A stretch of DNA of 64,000 bases from Diadema antillarum (lineage: Eukaryota): positions 372,001 through 436,000 of the forward strand of contig NW_027271309.1 of NCBI RefSeq assembly GCF_040938485.1, written 5' to 3'. Below are positions 1-11,656 of the stretch, piece by piece. Every line of letters begins with the position of its first letter. Position 1 is the first letter of the stretch. Both the position numbers and the translations under genes were made by a program. The notes beneath the pieces were generated by a model. The model did no database searches. It saw nothing but the letters and a program-made list of their open reading frames with translations, and had not been told where the DNA came from.

Positions 1-1
1 C

Positions 2-38
2 GTGCATGTGTGTGTGCATGTGTGTGTGTGTGTGTGTG
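2..38. repeat. (TG)n microsatellite
   Basis: Seen directly. Confidence 0.95.
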
Positions 39-421
39 AATGAGGGAGAGAGAGAAAAAAAAGAGAGGGATAATTGGAGGGGCAAAATTAAGCATTAAGC
101 TCTAACAAAAACTTCACGAAAGACTGAAGTCACTACATCTGTCAAGACGATGAATGACTTGAGAGAATCATTCTTCTTATCTTGATGTGACTTTCCCCTT
201 CCCGTCGCTTTCATCTTAAAAAGGCCGATTCATAATAATCAAACATTGATCGCAGATAATGCAACTAACGAGTCACAGCATCTAACCAAAACTACTCACA
301 CACTTTCACAATTACAGTGAAAAGTTTTCACAAAAAATAGATATTGACCCAGTTGACTTAGAAATTTGCTTCCAGAACATGAATTTGAATGCCTCAGTAT
401 AAGATGAACCAAGGAATAAGC

Positions 422-477
422 ATATATGTGTGTATATATATATATACTATATATATATATATATATATATACATATA
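422..477. repeat. (AT)n microsatellite
   Basis: Seen directly. Confidence 0.95.
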
Positions 478-1000
478 CCTTTTGATTTTTTTCTTTCTAA
501 ATAGAAGGAGAAATTCCACAAATTCTTTGATTATCTGTCCTCTATCACATTTTGTCAAAACATATTACCTTCCAATGGTTTACATCATAATAAAAAAATA
601 AATATAATGACTCACATTAACAGACTTTTGCTTCAAAGTTGAAAAATCCAGATTGACCTTACCATGCCTTTTGCTGGTAAAGTTCTAACAGAATCCTTTA
701 ATGGCACTGCCACATGCAAAATTTGACGGCGACCGTTGACTTGGCATTGGAGCAAGTTCAAAAAAAAAAAAAATCCGTGGACTGCATTGTGACACCCTAG
801 CACCCTTTTAACACTTTTGACATTACTTTTTTAAGGATATATGGAGCCATTGACAGCAAAATATCTATACAGACAAAGGCCTGGGACAGTGGGTGTGAAA
901 CATACAAAGCTCGACAGGGACACACAAACCATAAACTGGTTGAAGAAAAAGGAGAGTAAGAGAACTGGTGAGAAATTACTGCTATTTGAAAAGAGTGAGT

Positions 1001-1474
1001 GAAAACGACAGACCATCACGAGGTTGCGTTAGTGAGAAATTGATATAGTTGTGTCTAGACTTTAATTCTCAATCAAACCTGCCATCACAAATTGGAGTTG
1101 GCAAGCATGCAGCCAAGGATTTGGCAATAGCATTCCAAATCAATGCTATTACCCAAAATGTTGTCGCACGTCTCATGATAGTGGGGGGGGGGGGGGGGTG
1201 GTGAGGCCAACAGCCATCTCAGAGAAATTGCGCATTTCGAGGATTGACGTGGTGCGTGCGGCATATTACTACTGGCAATGTAAATCTAGATCAATGATAA
1301 TAGCATCCTTCCCAGCCCGTTTGGATTGATCTGCTATTATTGGGGCTTACCAAAACATCTGCTGGATCGTACCCTGTATTCTCTGCCAACAGTGCAGTAC
1401 ACCCCGGCGACCAATTCAAAATGCTGTTTGTGGTGAGGGGAGCAAGTTCAGAACTGCACCAATCACATTCGCAT
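1001..1474 (-). mobile_element. Decayed non-LTR RT fragment
   Basis: CSSELAPLTTNSILNWS (cf. CAxELAxPLTxIFNxS), PNNSRSI (cf. PxNYRPI), SIDLECYCQI (cf. FIDLxKAFD) and QFLTN (cf. SFLTNR) occur in the expected order. Aligned by eye. Confidence 0.45.
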
Positions 1475-1860
1475 CTAGGCAAATGCAGACAAATACACAC
1501 AATGCCAGCAAGAACATACGTACACAAAAATGTACACATTCTCACACAAACACCAATGAATCATAGCTGCTTTCCCTTCACTAATATGTGTACCTGCAAG
1601 AAATATAATATCATGACAGCTTGGAAGACCCTCTCACATGGCATACCATTAACATTTACAATGACAGAATGTTAAAGAAAAATAGCTAAATAAGATGTGA
1701 AATCATCTGCTCCCTTGTGTCAGGAAGGTCTCGCATTCTGGCTTGCACAATCACAGGGTGAAAGCGGGGCCTGTGCAAGATTTCATATCGAGTGTCACCT
1801 AACACGACATATGATCATAGCATTTCCATATTTTATCCATGAGGTTAGGGATAGCTTATC

Positions 1861-1866
1861 TTTATT
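1861..1866 (-). promoter_or_regulatory. Possible polyadenylation signal (AATAAA) for the minus-strand gene
   Basis: tttatt on the + strand, about 630 nt downstream of the stop codon, with a GT-rich stretch further downstream on the minus strand. The hexamer is common in AT-rich DNA. Confidence 0.25.
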
Positions 1867-2149
1867 AACAGTTACCTGCTGTGTCTGGCATTGGCATTTT
1901 AAAAGCCTTATCCCCCCCCCCCCCCCCCATAATCATTTACATGGCAGTCAGCAAGTTTTACTTGCTAAAGCTATACCTGCTGTCCTATGATATTCTGACA
2001 TTAGGAACAAGAATCAATCAAACTAGGCAAGCCAGTGACCGGTGTTTCCAACTTCTCCCATTCTAAGTAACGTTTAGAGCAAGCCATACCAAGAATCAAT
2101 TAACCACCCTGACACAGCAGGTGACCTCTGCTGACCTCCTGCTGTGTCT

Positions 2150-2424
2150 GTAGTTGTCGAGTCATCAGTGATGCTGCAGCTGTATGATGAAAGTCTGCCA
2201 CAAACAGACAAGATGTCTCCTTCTACACACCTGGGAAGATTCAAAGAATCGCAAAAATGACTCTGCAGTGAGAAGATTCTGGTCTGTCCATCTCGACGTG
2301 ACAGGAACAGTGCAAGGCATGTAGTAGGGCAGTTCAAGGGCGTTTACTACGCTGCAAGTTATATAAGATGAGTGATTCTGTGAGCTGTTTCTGCAGTTAC
2401 AGTAAAACCGCAAAGGTTGCTTTG
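2150..2424 (-). mobile_element. Possible decayed L2/CR1-like RT fragment just downstream of the stop codon
   Basis: One frame reads LCGFTVTAETA / LI*LAA**T / FLSRRDGQTRI..S..RCVEGDILS / ITDDST, resembling GFRxxHSTETA / LLDLSAAFDT / YLSxRxQxV..GVPQGSIL / YADDT. The spacing implies deletions. Confidence 0.35.
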
Positions 2425-2492
2425 TCAACTGAGGTAGATGTCCATGCAGTATGAATCAATACAACTTCCAGCGAGGCACACGTACAGAGCAA

Positions 2493-3676
2493 TCAACTGC
2501 TGCCCTGCGTGGTAGTTGGGTTCGACTCTGACACTGCTGCTGTTGGTTTTGACCGGAGGTCCAGTGGGGCGACTTGCCCGGGAGACTGTCTTCCAGGACT
2601 CTTTCGACCAGGGGACTTAGTGACTGGGCTTGCACGAAGTGGCGACTTGCTGGGTGCAGTGCTGCTTATTGGGGACTTGGCACGGGTTGAAGATGGGGAA
2701 ACTCGGACAGGCGATTTAGTCCCTGATGCAAGTCCAAGTTTAAGAGGACTTGGAGTGGGTGACTTTGAATGCACTGCAACCGGACTCTTGGACACAGGAG
2801 GATCCTTCCCAGGACCCTGTGACTGCATATGCAACAATATTCTCCTTGGTGATTGCTTCACTACAGCTTGCAGCTCATCTGATTTATTGTTGTCAGTACT
2901 GGTTGCGATAGCTGAAGGCCTGTCTAGTAGAGGGGTGATCTGAAGTCTAGATGTCATAGGGGATGCTGGCACTGAGCCTGACATGTGGATTGAATGACCA
3001 ACAGTGTGCTTGTGATCCACAACATCAGGGTTGATCGATTCCTTTTTCAGTGACCCTCTGCTTTGATGAGTGGGTATCACCGGGGCAGCGCTGGCTCTGA
3101 CTGGGGATTTTTTCCGCACTACACCGTGATTGGTCACTGTACTGCCTGGAATTCCTTTAAGTGAAGCCTCCAACTTTATCTGTGTGAGTTGAGAGGCCTT
3201 TGGCGATTTCTTATTTCCTGCCACAGTCAGAGCTTCATTCACTTTCCTCTCAGGGCTCTTCCTTAGACGCATTGGTGTGTCGTTCTGCAAGCCAACATGA
3301 GACGTGTTCTTCATCCCATAGTTCTTACTGCCTTCATTACTGAGAGTGCCTTTTGTCAACTCCACACCAAAAGCGTGAGCCTGGTTTTGCCTCTCAGAGT
3401 CCAACTGTGGACTACCCTTCACTGAAGTTGTGGCCACTGAAGGCGGACTTGTATCTTGTAGAGTGCTCGTTGCTGAGGGTAGCGTCTGGGTCGACTTTGG
3501 AGGAGTACGTGAAGTGGACGGGACTTGAGATGCAGTGGTTGGAGTTTGTGCGGTTGTTGAAGGCTTGTGTTCTGGAGAGAGGGCTGTTTTGATGCTATCG
3601 TTTTGGCTGACACTGGAATTTGATGGTGTGGCTGATGACAGTGAATTGCTTGCTGTACCACTAGACTCTTGTTTGC
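2493..3676 (-). CDS. Large terminal coding exon of an unidentified S/T/P/K-rich, probably nuclear protein
   Basis: 401-codon open frame, far longer than any other in the window. The acceptor tttctttcttttgtcttag|GCAAAC (AG at 3678-3677) opens the exon in phase 1. TGA stop at 2495-2493, with no convincing donor site before it. Contains 10 KSP motifs and PLDLR. Confidence 0.85.
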
Positions 3677-6600
3677 CTAAGACAAAAGAAAGAAACAACA
3701 GGAAAAAGAAAATCTAGAATTAATATCAGAAAATCTCATTATCAATAAGCATTTTTACCTCCATTGGTCACTGTCACTCACTATTCAATGTATATCAAAC
3801 AGTACAAATCTCACACTCAGTCAGGTTATCTCCAACATCTGTATCTCTGAAACATTGTTAAACTCGTATGAAATGCTTGAATGGCATACACTACATTCGG
3901 CAAACATATCATGAATGCTGCAGTGTCCACAAAAATTGTTGATTTTGCAGTGTGCAACTTTTTCTCACTTTGATTGGTATTCTTAGTAGAGAAATATGAT
4001 AGTCACTGCTTGACTTCACCACATTTCTTGACATTCTCTTCTTTGAAAACTTGTTTTACAACATGATTCCACTGAAGACTACACTTTGCATGGCTTGGGG
4101 AAAATGTACAGGAGGACTGACCCGTACAATATTCACTTTCAAGCATGTGAGTATGTTACATACATGAAGTAAATGATCGGTAATTCAAGATGTAAACATT
4201 GAGGTGAAAAGATCAAGTCTACAAATCAGAGAATGTACCCTCTGAGTCTCCTGAAACAGCCACAAGAATTCTGGCTGTGCAGTACCACAACTTTGATCAA
4301 AAAGTGTCTGTTATGATCATGCTTGCCGGACTCTTTGCAGTGTTCCTTTAAGCACACCAGCCCCTTGCCCCCTTCAGCAGTATTCAATGTAGCAATGCAT
4401 CACTGCTAAGCAAGTCACATGGGTATATTCTGAACAAGCACATGCAACTGCCATCTCACGATCGTTTTCCACCCTTGACAGCGGCAAACGTCCCATTCTC
4501 CAACCCTCCAAATAGCTCTGCCTCTCTTACTCTTTCTCTCTTGCTCTTTTTTTTCTCCCCTCTTTTTCCTTAAACAGCACTCCCGCTCTCCACACACTCC
4601 ATCTATCTATCCACCCCACCCTCGTCCCCCAAAATCTTGTCCAGGGACCTCGTAGTGAACATTTGTCGCATTTTGGCTAGCAGCCAAGCCTTTCATCTTC
4701 ATCATCACTGGCATCATCCTCCTCTTCATCTCTCCCTTCCCCCCTCAGTGCCGTCTCCATTATGCATGCATGTGGTGAGCCCTCCAGGCGTGTTCGTATG
4801 TGCCTGCTCTGCATGCTGAATCGGATCAAGCTATCATTCAACCGACTGCATCCATTCAATCAGACCTCATTACCTATGCACATCAACATGCACAACTCCC
4901 CAACTTCGGAGCTTTCTCGCTCTCTGGCTCCCTCTCCCTCTCCCTCCTCATTCTCCTCCACGGTTTTATTTCTCCTCGTCTTGCAGCGATCCTTCTCCAA
5001 TCTGGTTTGAGCCCCCATCTCCAGATCCTGCACTCCATCCTCTTTAACTACGGCTATAAAAGTATTTATTCTTTCCCCGCCTCTGCAGTTTCTTCGCGAT
5101 AGAATAGAAGACTGCTGTCTGGTTTGTTCCAAAACTTAATGCTGTTCTTTTCTTGACACATTTCGTAGTTGCACCTGCCAATTTGCGGAGAAAATAGAAC
5201 TCAAAACCCCCATGAATTTGCACAATGCTCCAGCACATTTCACTCAGGATTACATAAAGATAGGCTGACACCCTCTTCAAAGCTCAAGTTCTTTCAAATA
5301 ATTTCTTTCACAAACCCTGTCACACTAACTGCAAAATACTCAGCGTGACCTTGAAAACAGAACCATCACTTTGGCAAGGCAAATAGAACTATCAACGGTC
5401 CTTTCATATAATGGAATTTCACCAAAGGCTACACTTACTCCTCCTGCAGTTATGATGCAGGAGAACATAGTCAGCTATCTGTTTTGTTTCGTTTTACCCT
5501 CGGATATACAGGATAGGAAATGCAATGGGTTTTTTTTTTTTTCTGTGATTGGCGCAGAATTCATTCATAATTTCCCCAAAGATTTTCCGTCATCTTTCCC
5601 TCTCCATTCCCATCTCTCCTTCTCACTCTCTCCTTACAAGCGTTCCCTCAAATTGTGCACAACTACTTCCTGTCTACAGAGTTGGATTTCGCTTTCGCTC
5701 ACGTAGCTTATCTGCTACAAGATGGATCGTCCACATCATTCCTATTCCAGTGCCATCTCCCACAATTGCTCTTGCCAATTTCCCTAGAATAAGTGAATGT
5801 TTCCCTCAGGGCACACGGCAAACCAGTTGTCTGTTACGTGCTTGCTCTGTTTTTCTGCTCTTCCCCTATCCTCTCCATCTGTCTCTCTGCTTTTCTTTTC
5901 CTTTTTTTTATCATCTCCACTTCAAACGAAGATGCTCACACGAAGCCGTGCATACAAACTGATTTGGACTTAATATCTCGGTGAAAACAAATGAGCAATG
6001 CAGTGTTCCGATTCTGCGTCAAACAATGAATGGAAGTCACAGGGCAGGCGGCATTCTGATGTTGGGATGATATCCCCACCATGCAGGGTACCAATTACAT
6101 CACACAGCTGGCAAACACTCTGGAAACATACACGGGTTCGGCTTTTTGAGCCCGGAACATGCATGCTTGAGAAAAACCACCACGTACAAATATGTACCTA
6201 CAAAGAGTACCACACCTGACAGGCAGAAACCACAGGCATTGGTGACCAGAAATCTCAATGATTTTCAAGTAAAATACACTCCACTACATTCAACTGCCTC
6301 ATTAATGTAAGAATACAAGCTCCGTTCTTCATACTTGTTTACCATTATTTGGAGAATTAAGACTGCAAAATCTAAAACATAAATTTGCATAATGATTGAA
6401 ATACCAGTAGCCCACTGATCAAATAAAAGCGATCTGAAATACATGTGCATGTATTTAATCGAGACTGTGTATATATATCATTTTTCTTTGTATTTGCTAA
6501 CACTTTGCTATTCCTATCTTCTGAAACTAGTGGTATTGGATTCAATCATTTATCAAAGTTTCAACCAAGAATCTTTCTTCTTCAAACATTTGAAATAAAG

Positions 6601-7434
6601 AAAAAAAAAACTATGAAGGTTGACGAGAGCAAGACATATGTGTTACACCCAAGCACGGACAGCTAGAACAATGACACATCCATATATATCCAAGCATTTA
6701 TGATGCTCTTTGGTATGGTATGTATTCCAGATAATTATACATATTACCTTTAGACCTACATTTGTCATCTTCAATCACTTAACACCTGCATGTGATATCC
6801 TTAGTAGGTATTCCAGATCAAGTGCAAGCAGCATGCACGTCTACAGTTTAGCAAGCTAGCGAAAAAGCCATATCATGCTTAGTGTAGTCAATAAACTGTG
6901 ATTTTAGAAGGTGGCAGAGAAGTCAGTTAAGATTTCCTCTTCAGAAAAATGACTGTTTTTTTCTTGTCAAACCATATTCAGACACCTGAACTCCTTAAAG
7001 GAGGCAAGGAATTTCTGTCAGGCTAACTAGAAGGTTATGACCTGGGATTAAAAGGCATTTTTTAATATGGATCATATCGGACACCAATTCTTTTATTGAA
7101 AATTATACCATATTTGAAATTAGGCCAAGTACCTTTTACACGAATTCAACCTGCTGTATTTGTGGACTGCAAAGGAAAACACCTTTCTTCCACAGTAAAA
7201 TTTGATCATGCATCATCCTCGTATTAAGGTTGCTTTAGATGATGAATGGCTGCTTGGCGTGTAGACAGCACACTCGCAGCGAATTCAACGGCACGTTTTT
7301 ATGAATCTAACAGCTTCAATTATTCAAGCCCGTAAAATGCACACAAACGTGATAGATGCTGCTGACTGAAGGGAAGAAATTTGATTACATCGTATGGTTC
7401 GTGGACGAGAGCCCGTCGTCGCGCAAACAAGATG

Positions 7435-7448
7435 GTCTCCCTAGCAAC
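7435..7448. promoter_or_regulatory. RFX X-box-like site GTCTCCCTAGCAAC
   Basis: 14-bp X-box geometry within a CpG-containing island (about 7380-7680). Confidence 0.4.
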
Positions 7449-7769
7449 AAATGGCTGGTAACAAGATTAATGCAGCATCTCCGTGGAGAGGCATGACCTC
7501 TGGTGGCATCAGGGGATAGGAGCTAAGCTGGAACGAGCACACAGGGCTATTAATAATCCATAGAAATTAGTCGGGGGCGTTGCCACCGCCTGGTAAGGCA
7601 CGTCAGGTTACGAGGAGGCAAAAATACTGACAAATTAGCTGCTAAATGGGCTGTAGACGTAATGGCCAATTTTATGATACCATGTTCAGTGTCATTGACA
7701 TCCAAAACTACATGTTTTCAATCTACCTCTCATTCTTTAACTCAAAAGTAACAATTCATGTATACCCTA

Positions 7770-8006
7770 CAGAACTTGACATCAGCAGTGGCCACTAAAA
7801 ATTGATGTCAAGCCACCAAATTTCCAAAAAATGGGTCATCTTTTGGTGGCCCAAATGGACAACTAAGATCTCAAGTGGACTGATATGTTTCCTTTTCTGT
7901 CATGCCACAAAAATGTCAAATTTAAAGCTTTAAATGGCCCAAAAAGGCCACAACAGAAAAAAAAACTTCGTTTAGCGGGGGTATAAAAAAGCTTCTCTTG
8001 AGCCCG
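7770..8006. mobile_element. Diverged second copy of the 30546-30778 MITE family
   Basis: Shares colinear blocks acatcagcagtgg, ccactaaaaatt, ttggtggcccaa and aactaagat. Right end tcttgagcccg resembles the family TIR. Confidence 0.55.
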
Positions 8007-8057
8007 GATATATTCATGTATGTGAGTATGTGTAACTATAACCAACATAACCAGCAT

Positions 8058-8294
8058 AATAAGCAGACATACTTCTATGCCTTATGGAATGACTTTTTTA
8101 ATGCATTTATCATGTGACATTCTTAAGTCTTGAGCAAATACAAAAGATTTGGAAAATTCTGTTATCTCTGTTGTGCTACCACCAAAGCTGCGGACACCAC
8201 ATATTACAGGATTCATCGTAATGGTTGGTATTGTGTTCAGTAACACTCATCAATGGGCATTTCCACATAAGGCATAGAAGTATGTCTGCTTATT
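8058..8294. mobile_element. MITE-like element with 29-bp perfect inverted repeats
   Basis: aataagcagacatacttctatgccttatg (8058-8086) and its exact reverse complement (8266-8294). Non-coding interior. No TSD identified. Confidence 0.7.
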
Positions 8295-8524
8295 CTGTGT
8301 AAACGTTCACAAACACAAATGAATAACACAAACCATCAGTACACTCAAAAGCATTAATCCATGGAAGAAAATACAAAGAGAATACAACTAGACAGAGATC
8401 AATATGAGGGAACATACAAGGGATACTATAATAGGGAGAAGTTGAAAGAAAAAAGAAGAAATAGTCACAAGGTGTGGTACTTTAGAGCTTTATCATAATC
8501 ATGTACACACAGAAAAGACTTTAC

Positions 8525-8548
8525 CTAGGAATAATTTGTATTTTGCAC
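8525..8548 (-). CDS. Candidate 24-nt frame-preserving microexon (G-AKYKLFL-G)
   Basis: Strong ~30-nt pyrimidine tract tgtcttctttgtcttttgcttttacttttgtag| and donor CTAG|gtaaag. Phase 1-1 fits between exons 39373 and 3676. No transcript evidence. Confidence 0.4.
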   Translation of the reverse strand: MQNTNYS

Positions 8549-10461
8549 CTACAAAAGTAAAAGCAAAAGACAAAGAAGACACCTCGATGGATGAGACTGA
8601 TCTGCACTGTCTATCTCTCTTGAATGACTTCAGTGTATGTCCACTTTCAGGACCATCAATTTGATATGGCTGGATGCATTTGTTTGCTGTCTTGAGGTAC
8701 CAGTCATTATATACTGGCAAATTTTAGCAGCAGACTACACGAGCAGGAAGCAAGAAGAAACGTCCTTGTTATGTTAAGAGATGGACAAGTGTCTCAAGGC
8801 CATACAATGCCATTCTATCATCGAGCCTGCCTTTGCTTCTGCATGCTAGAGCTCTTATTAATTTCCCATTTTTAAGCTGATGTCAATCCAATGCTAATTT
8901 AATTGTTACATTAGCATTCATGAATGAATCAATGAAGCACACCATTCAATTGACCTTGCATGCACAGTCATTTGGATATGAGTGGATCTAGGCACTGCCA
9001 AAATCCAATGCCCTTCCACTACAGTCAAATTACCGGAGGTATTAGCACACCTAATCAAATTAACATTTGCGTCATGAAACGTCTAGCCGCCTGAAAATGA
9101 GGGTGAAATGAATTGCCCCTAATACTTTGTCACTGCTGCATTTCTTAATGCCAAATACATAGTTGTCTCAAATGTTGAAGGTTATTCCTTCCTTCCTTTA
9201 CCATGGAAACAAACAACCTTTCCTTTGTTGACAAGGAGAAGAAAAATTTTCAACTACCCTTGAAATCACTGCAACCTTTATGCAAGCCCACTCCAAAAGT
9301 GCGATGACATTTGACAGGCTACCCTCTTTTTTTAATATGTGTGTGTATGTGCGTGTGTGTGTGTGTGTGCTTTTAAACACTATGATAGTATGGATATCCC
9401 CCCCCCCCCCAACAGAATTAGCACCTAACAAGATTATTTCATATTTGTAAGCGACTTTCAGTGAACCCGGCAAACAAACAGATTATGCACACTGAGCGAT
9501 GAATGGTCTGCCACTTAAAAATGGTCTGACTTCCAGTGATGACGCATCTGAGGCAGGCAAACTCAATTCATATCTACTTCTGATTGCTGGCATGAGCTTT
9601 CCCCCATTTCTCCTTCTCCTTGTCTGAATGCAAAATCAAAAACTAAAATCCAGCCTGCACGTCTTTTTGAGCCATCCATTTGAATGGCATTCCATTTGGC
9701 AATTGAGGTATATCAAAGTGGCATTGAAAAGGGAAAAGGTAAATGCACACTAAGGGGGGAAAGTTTATTAAAGGGGACCTCCAGAGTAAGGAAGATTTTT
9801 GTTGTTCACCTGGTTTTGTTTTTAAAATACATGCCAATGAAATATGCAAAGCATGGCTTGGATTTCTGTGAAGAGGAAACCAATATATGATTGATGGTGT
9901 TCGCAGAATTCATCAAGCATATGAATTCTGTGTGTGATTCGTGCCTGTTAGTGTGTTTTCCCTGATACGTGAATGTCTAGTGCTTATTGCTGCTAAGTTA
10001 TCGGGTCTGCTGAATCAATACTGTTGAGGGGACTTTTGCTTCAGGATGGATGCGCAGCAGGACGCAGAGTTCAGCACTTACACTCATACAACTTACCATT
10101 TCATCTTTTTGCGTATTTCCACCTACAAACACATGGATCTTAGAACACTCACTGAACAAAACTTTCCGTCTCTTTTTTCCTTCCTCCCGTCCTCTCTCAC
10201 TCTCACTTCTGTAAAAATCAATCGGTATGAACCGACAGCTTTACAGGCATTGCGCATCGACTCCTATACTGAGAGGCAACCATAGCCTGGGTGCTTGGTT
10301 GAGCATTAAAAATTCATGTTGCACCTTATGTAAGCTGAGAGCATGAACTCACTTGTCAAGAATTGGCCTTGCTGCTTTTCTCTTTGCTCGGCACTACAGC
10401 AAGAACATTCCCCCCCCCCCCTTTTTTTCTTAATCCACCAATAACACGGCACCTGGAGATC

Positions 10462-10534
10462 CCGGGGGAATGCGATCCCCTCGCGCCTCGGATTTCAAAC
10501 GAAAGGCTCTGACCGACTGAAACCCTACACCGGC
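10462..10534 (-). mobile_element. Degenerate tRNA-like sequence, possibly a tRNA-derived SINE head or tRNA pseudogene
   Basis: Minus strand GCCGGTGTAGGGTTTCAGTCGGTCAGAGCCTTTCGTTTGAAATCCGAGGCGCGAGGGGATCGCATTCCCC has A-box-like and B-box-like segments, a 4/5-paired anticodon stem (GAA in the loop) and a GGGGA/TCCCC T-stem. The acceptor stem does not close. Confidence 0.35.
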
Positions 10535-11355
10535 ACCTCGGCAATTATGATGCGCTTTGCCAGTGTATCGGGTTCTCGCTGTCAGCATGGTACGCCGGTG
10601 TTTCAAACTTCAGCCTTTTCTCCAAAAAAAAAAAAAAATCTCCCATTTAATAGCAATTTGTCCTCGGGAAACACTGTGCATGTTTTGATTTCTTTTCTTT
10701 TAAACAAAAAAAAAGTCCATTCCTTTTTTGTAATTCACTGGCTCATTCTGAAGATATTGCATGGCATGACATAGGTAACTGATCTTTCTTTCAAAGAATA
10801 ACAGTGTTTTTAAGTCTCTCCTCCTTTTCCCCCACCACTGCTGCATACACATTATCTATCACACACCTTGTACTATGGAACTAATCTAAGCTTTGGCGAG
10901 AATGAAGCTCTACATCTTCCAAAATCTCTATGGCAATAACAGAGAATTATTGCGGTAGCCATCATGCAATAGACTGTCTCCTCATGTGTGCCAACATTTC
11001 CTATAATTGCAACGTTTGCTAACGTTCAGGAAATATTGGAAACACAAACAAACAACACACACACACACAAATTCTGCTCGAAGTCACAGAAACCGATCAC
11101 TATACATCACTTCTTTGCGAACTTTTGTTAGCTAGTGATACGAAGAAGAAATTTGAAGGCTCAGATATAAAGCAGCAGTTTCAGGTATATTCACCAAGTG
11201 ACATGAATCAAAAATATATCCATGTTCTAAAATGACTTCATATCTACTGAAGAGCATTTCAATAACCATTCTACATACTTGTAGCCCAAATGATGCTATT
11301 TCAATCTATCATCCTGTCTTTCTGTATCCATACTAACCATCCTTTCTTTGGCATG

Positions 11356-11359
<4 letters not shown>

Positions 11360-11396
<37 letters not shown>

Positions 11397-11399
11397 ACA
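11360..11399. repeat. (CA)n microsatellite
   Basis: Seen directly. Confidence 0.95.
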
Positions 11400-11620
11400 A
11401 ACAAACACAGACCTACATCCCCCACACAGACTCCAATATTCTCTTTCTTTCTTTCTTTCTTTCTCTGTCTCCTATTACTGGTTTGCCTCTCTCCCTACAT
11501 CTTTCTCTGAGACTCTATTGTCCTATCTTTTTATTTCTACATCAGGACTTGACCCGCCCCCCCCCCCAAAAAAAAAATGTAAGAACAGTTATTTTATGGC
11601 CATCCTTATGTTTTAATCTA

Positions 11621-11622
<2 letters not shown>

Positions 11623-11653
<31 letters not shown>
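11623..11653. repeat. (TG)n microsatellite
   Basis: Seen directly; inverted relative to the (CA)n about 230 bp upstream. Confidence 0.95.

Positions 11654-11656
<3 letters not shown>

Noticed and set aside
1351-1474. Apparent exon with good splice sites (CECDWCSSELAPL...DPADVL)
   Set aside because: It lies past the stop codon and starts in phase 2, which fits no upstream exon. The peptide is better explained as decayed LINE RT. Not fully excluded without RNA-seq.
2509-2943. 144-aa plus-strand ORF with repeated GD motifs
   Set aside because: It is the antisense mirror of the KSP/SP codons in the real exon, with no independent support.
4677-5132. Two adjacent same-frame ORFs separated by one TGA (selenocysteine or readthrough idea)
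   Set aside because: GA-rich low-complexity sequence that is naturally stop-poor. No splice sites, redox motif or SECIS seen.
5190-5270. TPMNLHNAPAHF resembling the LTR RT motif MPFGLxNAPAxF
   Set aside because: A single motif; the flanking LD and YxDD motifs are not at the expected spacing.
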